Under the pieces are notes generated by a model. It was not told the origin of the DNA. It saw only the letters and a list, made by a program, of their open reading frames with translations, and ran no database searches. A stretch of 64,000 nt of DNA from a virus: positions 32,001 to 96,000 of the IMG/VR virus record IMGVR_UViG_3300048883_000431; one strand, given 5' to 3'. A program made the translations under genes and the position numbers. This document shows positions 37,329 through 45,234 of this stretch, piece by piece. Every line of letters begins with the position of its first letter. Position 1 is the first letter of the stretch.

Positions 37329-37950
37329 TCGACGCCTCCTTGATGACCACCCCGTACCCGGTCTGGTTTGGGGGGACGTGCTTCTCCAGTCTGTAGGGGT
37401 GGTCCGACGCCACCAGCTCTTCCCAGAATATGGACACGTTTGGCTCGCCGTATGCGTTGGGTGGCTCGCCCCCGGTCTCCACGTCGTGGATGAAGATGAC
37501 CGCTCTGTCCGCCGACAGCGCTGCGTAATCCGCAAAGTCCCGCCTCACACCGTGCAGGCTGTGGTCCCCGTCTACCACAACCGCGTCGGGGGCGTGGCCT
37601 ACCGCGCTGATTATGGACCGAAGCATGAGCTTGACTTCCCCGTGGTGTGAGTCCCCCTCCAGGGGGTAGTAGTCGACCCCGAGACGGTCGCACACCTTGT
37701 GCATCTTTGAGTATACCATACCGCGAGACAGTCCGGGTAGGTCAATCGAGACGAAAACCTCCGGCTGCATCTTCACGAGACGGTAGGCTAGCCCGCACAT
37801 GCGGGTCCCTATCTCCAGTATAAACCTGGGGGTCCCCCCAAGCTCTCGGGACGTGACCCTCTCGAAAATTTCCAACTCGGCTTGACTTGTGGCCTGGTGC
37901 TCCTCCGAGGCCCATCGCAGCAGAGGAGGATCGTTCGCATCGTCACGCAT
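37318..37950 (-). CDS. class I SAM methyltransferase (Methyltransf_24-like)
   Basis: ILEIGTRMCG, VSIDLP, VVVDGDHS, IFIHDV. Confidence 0.85.
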   Translation of the reverse strand: MRDDANDPPLLRWASEEHQATSQAELEIFERVTSRELGGTPRFILEIGTRMCGLAYRLVKMQPEVFVSIDLPGLSRGMVYSKMHKVCDRLGVDYYPLEGDSHHGEVKLMLRSIISAVGHAPDAVVVDGDHSLHGVRRDFADYAALSADRAVIFIHDVETGGEPPNAYGEPNVSIFWEELVASDHPYRLEKHVPPNQTGYGVVIKEASSEG

Positions 37951-38647
37951 GTGGCTCCCCCTCCAGGGTGTACCCGAACTCCTCTATCTCATGGACGCAC
38001 GCGCGTGCCACCACGTGTACGTCGGCCCGCGACAGAACCTCGTTGGGGGGCCGAGCGTCCATCCGAACTCCCCCGCCGATGTGGGGTACCCCCACGGTGA
38101 GTCCAAGCCCAAGCCTGTCACTCAGACGCCCCAGCTCGCCGTGTAGGTCCTCGTACCGCATCACGTGGTCCACCAGTATCGTATTGTCCCACGTGTACAT
38201 GCTCCAGTTTGACTCCCGCCCGAGGAAGAGTCCCCCCTGGATTGCCTCGGACAGGGTTGGGTCGCCGGTTACGCCGGGGTTCCCGTCCCACCCCATGCCG
38301 CGCTCATGGTAATACTGTGAGACGATCCTGTCCCAGGGATTGCGCTCCGTGCAGAACGTGTAGTAGTCACGCCACTCCCGTGGGAAGACGTCCCGTATTT
38401 TGACGGCCGTCATGTGGGGCGGCCACAGCACGTCGGCGTGTGTCCAGGGCCTACTGGACGGAAACAGTGGCCCAAAGCAGTTCTGCGGGCCGCGCGGGCC
38501 GTCCTCACTTCCCCTGCCGTCCCCCAGAGCTAGTGGGGTGATGATGTCCTCGTCCCCGCATACCGAGGATAGTGCCCACTCGATGCTACTTCCCGCCACC
38601 TTAGCGCACTTCACGTATATAAATCTGTGTCTGTGGGAGATTATCAC
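37943..38647 (-). CDS. sulfotransferase (Sulfotransfer_2-like), copy 3
   Basis: MIISHRHRFIYVKCAKVAGSS (5'-PSB), RNPWDRIVSQY (3'-PB), VMRYEDL. Confidence 0.85.
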   Translation of the reverse strand: MIISHRHRFIYVKCAKVAGSSIEWALSSVCGDEDIITPLALGDGRGSEDGPRGPQNCFGPLFPSSRPWTHADVLWPPHMTAVKIRDVFPREWRDYYTFCTERNPWDRIVSQYYHERGMGWDGNPGVTGDPTLSEAIQGGLFLGRESNWSMYTWDNTILVDHVMRYEDLHGELGRLSDRLGLGLTVGVPHIGGGVRMDARPPNEVLSRADVHVVARACVHEIEEFGYTLEGEPHA

Positions 38648-39345
38648 TGGGCAATCCCATCGTGGAGCGTGTAGCCGAACTCCCGGATTATGGAGGCGGA
38701 GTCTTTGGCGATGATCTCGGCCTGTTTAGAGGTAAGGACCAGTGACGGGTGCCTCCTGTCACGTCGGAACTCCGCATGGAGCCTCGGGAGTACCGGGACC
38801 GGCACCCCCAGCCTACCGCAGAAGTCCCGAAGCTCCGCATCGTAGTTCTCGTACCGCATCACGTGGTCCACTATGATGTTGTCGTCCGAGTCCGTGTAGA
38901 ATCTCCTGTTGGTGACCTGCACACCGAGTAGCCCCTGGTCTAGGCACTCCGAGAGGGTGGGTCGGTCGACGTCGTCGCCCGTGAACTTCTTGGAGTAGTA
39001 TGCCTCGTAGTAGTGCGAGATGATTCGGTCCCACGGGTTGCGCTCCGTGACGAACGTGTAGTAGTCCTCCCATTCCTTGGGAAACTCCGCCATGATCGCG
39101 GAGGGCTCCGTGTGGGCGACCCACCTGGTGTCCGCCCTGGTGGGCGGGCGGTTCGGGGGGTACAGGGGGTAGTAGCAGTTCTGCGCACCACGGTTTCCCT
39201 CGACCTCCCACCGTGGGTCCGGGTACCCGTACGGGGTGACGATGTCGTCGGGACCGCACAGTGACGAGAGTCCGAATTCGAGGCTCGTTGCGCCGACATT
39301 GACGCACTTGACATGGATGAAGCGGTGCTTGTGGGAAATTATCAA
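38644..39345 (-). CDS. sulfotransferase, copy 2 (PSB Lys replaced by Asn)
   Basis: FIHVKCVNVGATS, RNPWDRIISHY, MRYENY. Confidence 0.8.
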   Translation of the reverse strand: MIISHKHRFIHVKCVNVGATSLEFGLSSLCGPDDIVTPYGYPDPRWEVEGNRGAQNCYYPLYPPNRPPTRADTRWVAHTEPSAIMAEFPKEWEDYYTFVTERNPWDRIISHYYEAYYSKKFTGDDVDRPTLSECLDQGLLGVQVTNRRFYTDSDDNIIVDHVMRYENYDAELRDFCGRLGVPVPVLPRLHAEFRRDRRHPSLVLTSKQAEIIAKDSASIIREFGYTLHDGIAQ

Positions 39346-40013
39346 CGGGCAACCCCGTCGTGTAGTGTGTAGCCGAACTCACGTATGATGCTCGCGCTGT
39401 CCCGGGACACAATGTCTGCGTCAGCCTGTGTGAGAACCTCGGAGGGGTGCCGCCTGTCGCGTCTGAACTTCGCGTGCAGCCTCGGCAACGTCGGTACCTC
39501 GACCCCCAGCCGGTCGCACAGCGCTGCCAGCTCCGCATCGTAGTTCTCGTACCGCATCACGTGGTCCACTATGATGTTGTCGTCCGAGTCCGTGTAGAAT
39601 CTCCTGTTGGTGACCCGCACACCGAGTAGCCCCTGGTCTAGGCACTCCGAGAGGGTGGGTCGGTCGACGTCGTCGTGGTGCTGGTAGTATGCCCCGTAGT
39701 AGTGCGAGATGATGCGGTCCCACGGGTTGCGCTCCGTGACGAACGTGTAGTAGTCCTCCCATTCCTTGGGAAACTCCGCCATGATCTCGGGGGGCTCCGT
39801 GTGGGGGACCCACCTGGTGTCCGCCCTGGTGGGCGGGCGGTTCGGGGGGTACAGGGGGTAGTAGCAGTTCTGCGCACGGTTTCCCCCGACCTCCCACCGT
39901 GGGGTGATGATGTCGTCGGGACCGCACAGTGACGAGAGTCCGAATTCGAGGCTCGTTGCACCGACCTTGGCACACTTGACGTGGATGAACCGATGCTTGT
40001 GGGATATAATCAC
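39342..40013 (-). CDS. sulfotransferase, copy 1
   Basis: GTG start overlapping upstream TGA; FIHVKCAKVGATS, RNPWDRIISHY. Confidence 0.85.
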   Translation of the reverse strand: MIISHKHRFIHVKCAKVGATSLEFGLSSLCGPDDIITPRWEVGGNRAQNCYYPLYPPNRPPTRADTRWVPHTEPPEIMAEFPKEWEDYYTFVTERNPWDRIISHYYGAYYQHHDDVDRPTLSECLDQGLLGVRVTNRRFYTDSDDNIIVDHVMRYENYDAELAALCDRLGVEVPTLPRLHAKFRRDRRHPSEVLTQADADIVSRDSASIIREFGYTLHDGVAR

Positions 40014-41056
40014 TCCGCGTGCTCCTTGAACGGGATGATCAGACTGCGGGAGTCCCTTGTATCCCTCGGTCCCTCGCCCAGCGGCGCGGCAAGGACCCAA
40101 GACAGGATGTCATCGTCGGAGACCAGCCTATCGGTGCAGTGGAGGTTCAGGGAATCGTCGTGCTGTAGGGTGAGGAAGTTCAGGAGTCCCTCACGCCCCT
40201 CGGCAGTGTCGGGGTAACCGTTCCTGGCGACCGCGAGAGTCACGTTGTTGCGGTCCCACAGGGTACACCCCAGGTGGGTCCACGTCTCGGCACTGACCCG
40301 AACGTCGGCGGCGTCGAGGGCGGCAATCGCCCTGAATATGTCGTTCTTCTGGTCGACGTGGGTCACCAGCCCCGGGTGGAGGGCCCCCGCAGCCCTTGCC
40401 GCGACCGTCCGCGCGTAATACTGTGGGTCGCTCAAGTCCATCACTCCGCCCCCCAGCCACACGACGGCCCACCCTGCCCCGAGGAGTCCCTCCGTGATGT
40501 CCAGCCACGCGTGCCCGTCAAGGTGTGTGCGTCCGAAGGGGGCAAGGACGGCGAGGGGGCGTCCGCAAGCCCACGACTGGAACTCGCGGACGTACCCTTC
40601 GTACTCCGAAGGGACGTGCAGTCCGGTGTGGGCATAGGGGACCACCACACGCCTTGAATCCCTAAGACGTCGGTTCCACGCGCGCAGGGCATACGGAACC
40701 ACGGTCAGGGGGTCGTCCGTCCCTGACGGCGGGGCGAAGTCGTCGGGCATTCCGAGTGACTTGACCACCATGCCAGCCTCGGAGGGGTCGATGCAGACAA
40801 CATGACTGAGTCTGGGGTCGCATGACAGTAGCCTCTCGCTGGCCTTCCGGCGTGTTCGACCAGAAACGGACTCGTCGTACACGAGAACCACGCCCGCCTC
40901 CACGTCGCACACCCTTGCGACGTCCAGGAGATCGGGCACACGCCTAACGATGAACCGTATGACGTCCCCGATCCCGGTACCCGGGTAATCCCATAGGACG
41001 CCCGAAGGGAGACTCTTGGGGGAGCGGGAGACTGCGGGCCCCATGCTAGGCTCCAA
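40010..41056 (-). CDS. divergent GT9-like glycosyltransferase
   Basis: GTGIGDVIRF, LAVLAPFG, GWAVVWLGG, AIAALDAADVRVSAET. Confidence 0.55.
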   Translation of the reverse strand: MEPSMGPAVSRSPKSLPSGVLWDYPGTGIGDVIRFIVRRVPDLLDVARVCDVEAGVVLVYDESVSGRTRRKASERLLSCDPRLSHVVCIDPSEAGMVVKSLGMPDDFAPPSGTDDPLTVVPYALRAWNRRLRDSRRVVVPYAHTGLHVPSEYEGYVREFQSWACGRPLAVLAPFGRTHLDGHAWLDITEGLLGAGWAVVWLGGGVMDLSDPQYYARTVAARAAGALHPGLVTHVDQKNDIFRAIAALDAADVRVSAETWTHLGCTLWDRNNVTLAVARNGYPDTAEGREGLLNFLTLQHDDSLNLHCTDRLVSDDDILSWVLAAPLGEGPRDTRDSRSLIIPFKEHAE

Positions 41057-42017
41057 GGAGTAGGGAGGTTCGCCCGGAATCGGTCTCGGGCACCCCGGTG
41101 CACCACCGAACCAAGTCGCATGGGGTCGGTAGATGGCGGACGAACACCCGGTTACTGGCGATTCCGTCCTGGTGAATGAGATCGGAGATTCCCCTATTGG
41201 ACGGAGTGTACTCCCCCGAGGGGGCGCGGCAAAGATCGCCGACGAGGAAGAAGTGGCGGTCCCACAGGGTGAGGACGGTTAAGGACCATGTAACCGTGGA
41301 CATCCCCGCCCTGCACAGGTCAGCGGCGGCTACGACCCTGAATATACTCCCCGCGTCTTGGCGCAGACGTGAAACGCTCCCGGGGAAGTCCTCGTGGAGC
41401 TTCCTTACCATGGGCTCCGCCGGTATGCGGATCGCACCCGGGTGTCCCTTCTGCCGAACTCGGTCGAACTCCCCCCCACCGGATATGATAAGGGCCCACC
41501 CAAGCCGGAGGAGCCTCCTTGCGGCTTTGTCTAGAAACCCCACATCGTAGTCCCCCCTACCGAACGGGCACATGAGAAGCGAGGGGGCCCGATCCACCAG
41601 AAGGCGCATCTCCTGAACATAGTCCCCGTAGTTGGGGGGCGCGTACAGCCCTTGGGGTACCGTGCAAATAGGAGCTTGAGCTACGGCGTCGGCCTTGTCC
41701 CGATGCTCCAGATCAAGTATGGTCGGGGTGGGGGTCCCCCCAAGGTGGTCGGCGAGTTCCTTTCTGTCCGCCATTATCATACGGTCGATGCGCGGGTCGT
41801 GCTCAAGTGCTTCGAGGATGCCCCTTCGCCGCATTGCCCCAGCAGGGGCCCGTCCCTGGGACAGAACTACTGTGTTGGGCACGCCCAGTGACTTGGCGAG
41901 AGATGACTTGAGGTGCGCCTCCGCGACGGTATTTCGGAGGGCGTCCCCGATGCCCGCCGGGAACACCGAGATGACCTGATCCTCCCCGAGCAGCGAGAGG
42001 TCCTGTGTTACGTCCAT
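41046..42017 (-). CDS. divergent GT9-like glycosyltransferase, paralogue of 40010-41056
   Basis: PAGIGDALRN, LMCPFG, GWALIISGG, SIFRVVAAAD, TLWDR shared with its neighbour. Confidence 0.55.
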   Translation of the reverse strand: MDVTQDLSLLGEDQVISVFPAGIGDALRNTVAEAHLKSSLAKSLGVPNTVVLSQGRAPAGAMRRRGILEALEHDPRIDRMIMADRKELADHLGGTPTPTILDLEHRDKADAVAQAPICTVPQGLYAPPNYGDYVQEMRLLVDRAPSLLMCPFGRGDYDVGFLDKAARRLLRLGWALIISGGGEFDRVRQKGHPGAIRIPAEPMVRKLHEDFPGSVSRLRQDAGSIFRVVAAADLCRAGMSTVTWSLTVLTLWDRHFFLVGDLCRAPSGEYTPSNRGISDLIHQDGIASNRVFVRHLPTPCDLVRWCTGVPETDSGRTSLLLGA

Positions 42018-42023
42018 CCCCCG

Positions 42024-42608
42024 TCACTCCTCCAGCATCCTCTGTAACAGTTCGACTGAGGCGTCGTGCATCCGCTTCACGGAGGCATAGGAGAGTCCGA
42101 GGCGTCGGCTTGCGCCCCGTATGGTCTCGCCCTCCAAGTATACCATATTCAGGATGTCGGGGTAAGGGTAACATATGCGCTCGGACACCGCAACGAAGTC
42201 ACGCGCCTCCGCGTCCGCTTCGGCCTCCGGGGCTACGAACATGCCGGAGGTGTCGATAGCGTCCGTCGAGACGTACTCGTGGATCGGGTTGTCCGTGAGA
42301 ACACGGTGCCACGACACCGCGACGTTGCCGTTCTTGTGCTTGGCGATGCAGCGGATCATCCCGAGGTAGATAGCACGTCCGGCGTAGGTGGAGAACTTGG
42401 CGCGCTCCGGGTCGTAGCTCTGTGTGGCCCGCGCGAGGGCCTCGTACCCGGACTGCTCAACGTCTTCGTAGAACTCGGAGAAGGCAAGGGAGTACCCTCC
42501 ACCGTCGAACTTGGGGCGTATCTTGCCTAGAATGTGGGGGACAAGTTTCATGTTGTCCTCCACCACCTGGCGCTGACCGTCCGTTAGTGGCACAACTGGT
42601 TTAGCCAT
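42024..42608 (-). CDS. sigma-70 family RNA polymerase sigma factor (regions 2 and 4)
   Basis: VEDNMKLV, EDVEQSGYEALARATQSYDPERAKFSTYA, C-terminal HTH. Confidence 0.85.
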   Translation of the reverse strand: MAKPVVPLTDGQRQVVEDNMKLVPHILGKIRPKFDGGGYSLAFSEFYEDVEQSGYEALARATQSYDPERAKFSTYAGRAIYLGMIRCIAKHKNGNVAVSWHRVLTDNPIHEYVSTDAIDTSGMFVAPEAEADAEARDFVAVSERICYPYPDILNMVYLEGETIRGASRRLGLSYASVKRMHDASVELLQRMLEE

Positions 42609-42798
42609 GAGTCGATCCTCCGTCTATTGATAGGAGGGACCGACGCGGGGACATGCTGTCCACGCCCAAGGCCCACTCCGTTATGCTATCGACACTGCCT
42701 CCCCCTTCAAGGAAGTAGAGATTCCGTCCGTGGTCCGTAAGGAGCTGGGGGTCGAGGAGCGCATCGGGGTTGTTGGTGATAGGGATGCTGTGCGGCAT
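42601..42798 (-). CDS. small hypothetical protein
   Basis: TAATG coupling to the upstream MTase; overlaps the sigma factor start. Confidence 0.4.
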   Translation of the reverse strand: MPHSIPITNNPDALLDPQLLTDHGRNLYFLEGGGSVDSITEWALGVDSMSPRRSLLSIDGGSTHG

Positions 42799-44048
42799 TA
42801 GAACAACATGTCGTCGCCCTCTGGTTGTCGCTTCGCCTTCTTGAATCCGAAGGGGGCCTCGTCGTGGCCCATCTGCCTGGACGCGAGTGTGTGTGTCCAC
42901 ATTGCGTCGAGCCTTGACTCGGCGATGGCGCGGAAGTCGGGGCTTAACTCCACGCCTACGAAGTTGAAGTTGGTCGCGATGGCAGCCATTCCGGTGCTCC
43001 CCGACCCCATGAACCCATCGAGAACCATGCCCCCCTTTGGGGTCACGAGCTTGATGAGATACCGCATCAGTGCCAGCGGTTTGCAGGTGGGGTGGTCGTT
43101 CTTCACCGCTGTCTTGGCGTCACCCCCGCCACCGTAGCCCTTATTATACACCTCAACGCGTGCCTTAGTCGAGAGACCCTCGCAGCCGAAGTCCTTCTCC
43201 CCCCTGGAAGGCTTGTCAACGTACGCAAAGCGAAGGGTCTCCAAGTCGAAGATTTCCTCCGACTCGAAGACCCTGTAGAACGGGGTCACCTCCTGCTCTG
43301 CTTGTGCTTCCATCAGCAAAGCTGTCGTTCGATCCATTATAGCATTTTGCGGGTAGCGTCCGCCGGGGTGGGGCGACCAGTAGTAGCCGAACTCCTCGTC
43401 GGACTGCATCTGATCCTTGGGTGTCTCGCCTTCCGCATACTGCACGCGCGCGGACCCGGCGTTGATCGCCCCGGTTCTCCACTTGATGATGTTCGCTGCG
43501 ATGGTCGGCTCACTGATGGGCTTCTGTGCCAGGATGATGGGCTCGTAGGCCGGGCGGAGCGTGGTGTTCCAGTCGTCATACTCCTCCGCGAGCTCCGTGT
43601 TGGGCGTGTCGTAAGCGAACTGCCCATACCCACGCTCGTTGACGATGTCCGTCCCCTTGGCGGTGATGACCCGTCCCTTGCGGTCGTTCACGCGTGGCTT
43701 ACCCAACGCCTTGTCGATGTCACGGGCAACAGCGCGTCCCGTGTTGATCGCGTTGGCGTACATCCACATGAGGGTGTCCTTGATGACGAACCCTGCGTCC
43801 TCCATCGCCACCTTCACCCGGTGCACAGTCTTGGGGTGACCGAATACGACTGCGTGACCGCCCGGCTTCAGCACACGGAAGTGCTCGCGCCACATGTCCA
43901 CGTCGTAGGCGATGCCGGACGCGTCCCACTTGTTGCCCGCAAGAAACAGCTCGTAGGGCGGGTCGGTACAGATGGAGTCGATCTTGTTGTCACCGAACGG
44001 GAGCTCCTGGCAGCTCTGATTCCATGTCCTGTATGGCCTGTCTGGCAT
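42798..44048 (-). CDS. DNA amino-methyltransferase (beta class)
   Basis: TDPPY motif IV, HPTCKP, VLDGFMGSGSTG motif I. Confidence 0.92.
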   Translation of the reverse strand: MPDRPYRTWNQSCQELPFGDNKIDSICTDPPYELFLAGNKWDASGIAYDVDMWREHFRVLKPGGHAVVFGHPKTVHRVKVAMEDAGFVIKDTLMWMYANAINTGRAVARDIDKALGKPRVNDRKGRVITAKGTDIVNERGYGQFAYDTPNTELAEEYDDWNTTLRPAYEPIILAQKPISEPTIAANIIKWRTGAINAGSARVQYAEGETPKDQMQSDEEFGYYWSPHPGGRYPQNAIMDRTTALLMEAQAEQEVTPFYRVFESEEIFDLETLRFAYVDKPSRGEKDFGCEGLSTKARVEVYNKGYGGGGDAKTAVKNDHPTCKPLALMRYLIKLVTPKGGMVLDGFMGSGSTGMAAIATNFNFVGVELSPDFRAIAESRLDAMWTHTLASRQMGHDEAPFGFKKAKRQPEGDDMLF

Positions 44049-44487
44049 CGTCGATCTTCCCTTCCCCCGTGAGGACGCACGCCTCGGCTAGCGTAATCAT
44101 CGCGCTGCGGGGGTCGATGAACCCACGGTGCTGCGCGAGCTCGGTCAGTGTCTTGTCGATGGTCCGTGGTTCCCACGTCCTGTCGAGCATGACGAGGTAG
44201 GTGGCGACCACGATGGGCGACCGGCTTACCCCTGCGTGACAATGCACGAGCACCCGACCGCCCCGCTTACACAGGAGCTGGTCGAGGATCATCGACGCGC
44301 GTGCCAGGTCGTAGACGTGGTTGCCCGGCCCGTCGATTAGTCGGGAAGCCCCGTAGAGAATCCTCACGGTGGGACGTCTGTAGAAGCAGTCGTTCGCAAC
44401 ATTCAGGACGGCCTCGATCCCACAGTTGAACAGCGCCCCAACGGTAATCGCTGAGGCGCTGTTGCCAATGGCAATCCTGTCCGTCAC
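43990..44487 (-). CDS. dual-specificity protein phosphatase (start uncertain)
   Basis: VLVHCHAGVSRS (HCxxGxSR), GIEAVLNVA, LIDGPGN. Confidence 0.88.
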   Translation of the reverse strand: MTDRIAIGNSASAITVGALFNCGIEAVLNVANDCFYRRPTVRILYGASRLIDGPGNHVYDLARASMILDQLLCKRGGRVLVHCHAGVSRSPIVVATYLVMLDRTWEPRTIDKTLTELAQHRGFIDPRSAMITLAEACVLTGEGKIDDARQAIQDMESELPGAPVR

Positions 44488-44497
44488 AAAGTCGAAG

Positions 44498-45028
44498 TTA
44501 CCGGATGCCGACGCTGGTAGACTCGACGATGTGGACTCCATCTCCATCGAACTCCCCTGCTTCGACAGCCTTCTTGAGCGCGGACTTGTCGATAGACTCC
44601 GTGGTCTTGATGAACTCGTCGGGTATCTCGGCGTACGCGTCCACCTCCAGCCGCTTCGACCGCCGCAGGAACACCGTCCCGACGTTGGTCTTCACGCTGT
44701 TGATGCTAGCCAGTTCGAGGTTGTAGGCAACGTAGTCGTTCAGCCTGGTCGCCTCGTTCTTGCGCGCCGCCGCCGCCTTCTTCAGGCGGGCGATCTCCCC
44801 CTCGAACACACCAGCCTCTGCCAGCATGGTGTCCGCGTCCATCTCCAGGTTGCGGCGCGCGCGCATACACGCCTCAACCTTCCGGGTGATCTCGGCCTTG
44901 GTCGTCCCGAGGATGTCGGCAGCCACGCCGAGCTCCTCCATGGACAGCTCACCTGTCTGGACACCGGCCACCATCGCACGGTAGTCTTCGGAGATCTCGT
45001 AGAGCTTGCGCTGCTCCTCCGCCATCAC
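44498..45028 (-). CDS. siphovirus Gp157-family protein
   Basis: KLYEI, EIARLKK, IPDEF, IDKSALKKA, final IR. Confidence 0.85.
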   Translation of the reverse strand: MMAEEQRKLYEISEDYRAMVAGVQTGELSMEELGVAADILGTTKAEITRKVEACMRARRNLEMDADTMLAEAGVFEGEIARLKKAAAARKNEATRLNDYVAYNLELASINSVKTNVGTVFLRRSKRLEVDAYAEIPDEFIKTTESIDKSALKKAVEAGEFDGDGVHIVESTSVGIR

Positions 45029-45225
45029 AGGTCCTCCAGGACATCGGCCACCACGTCGAGGGCGGCGTCGATGATGTTGTCGAAGAGCTTCTGCTCCTGC
45101 TCCTCGTCGAGACCGGGGACGTCAATCCTCTCGTTGAGCGCCTTCGCGAGCTTATCATCAATATCGGACAGGACAAGCTCGATGATCCTGGACTTGAGTA
45201 TCACGCGTGCGAACCACCTAAGCAT
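45025..45225 (-). CDS. small acidic hypothetical protein
   Basis: AGGAG RBS; coupled to the next gene; IDVPGLDEEQE. Confidence 0.65.
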   Translation of the reverse strand: MLRWFARVILKSRIIELVLSDIDDKLAKALNERIDVPGLDEEQEQKLFDNIIDAALDVVADVLEDL

Positions 45226-45234
45226 GCAGGTCTC

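Larger units (their letters stand above)
38644..40013. repeat. ~700-bp tandem gene duplication (sulfotransferase copies 1 and 2)
   Basis: Long identical runs, e.g. agctccgcatcgtagttctcgtaccgcatcacgtggtccactatgatg at ~38831 and ~39529. Confidence 0.9.

Noticed and set aside
38644-40013. Diversity-generating retroelement TR/VR pair
   Set aside because: Both copies are whole genes, differences include indels and are not adenine-specific, and no reverse transcriptase is in the window
29884-42017. DNA hypermodification cluster
   Set aside because: No hydroxymethylase, TET/JBP, nucleotide kinase, aGPT-Pplase or deazaguanine genes seen, and the enzyme families are surface-glycan types; disfavoured rather than disproved
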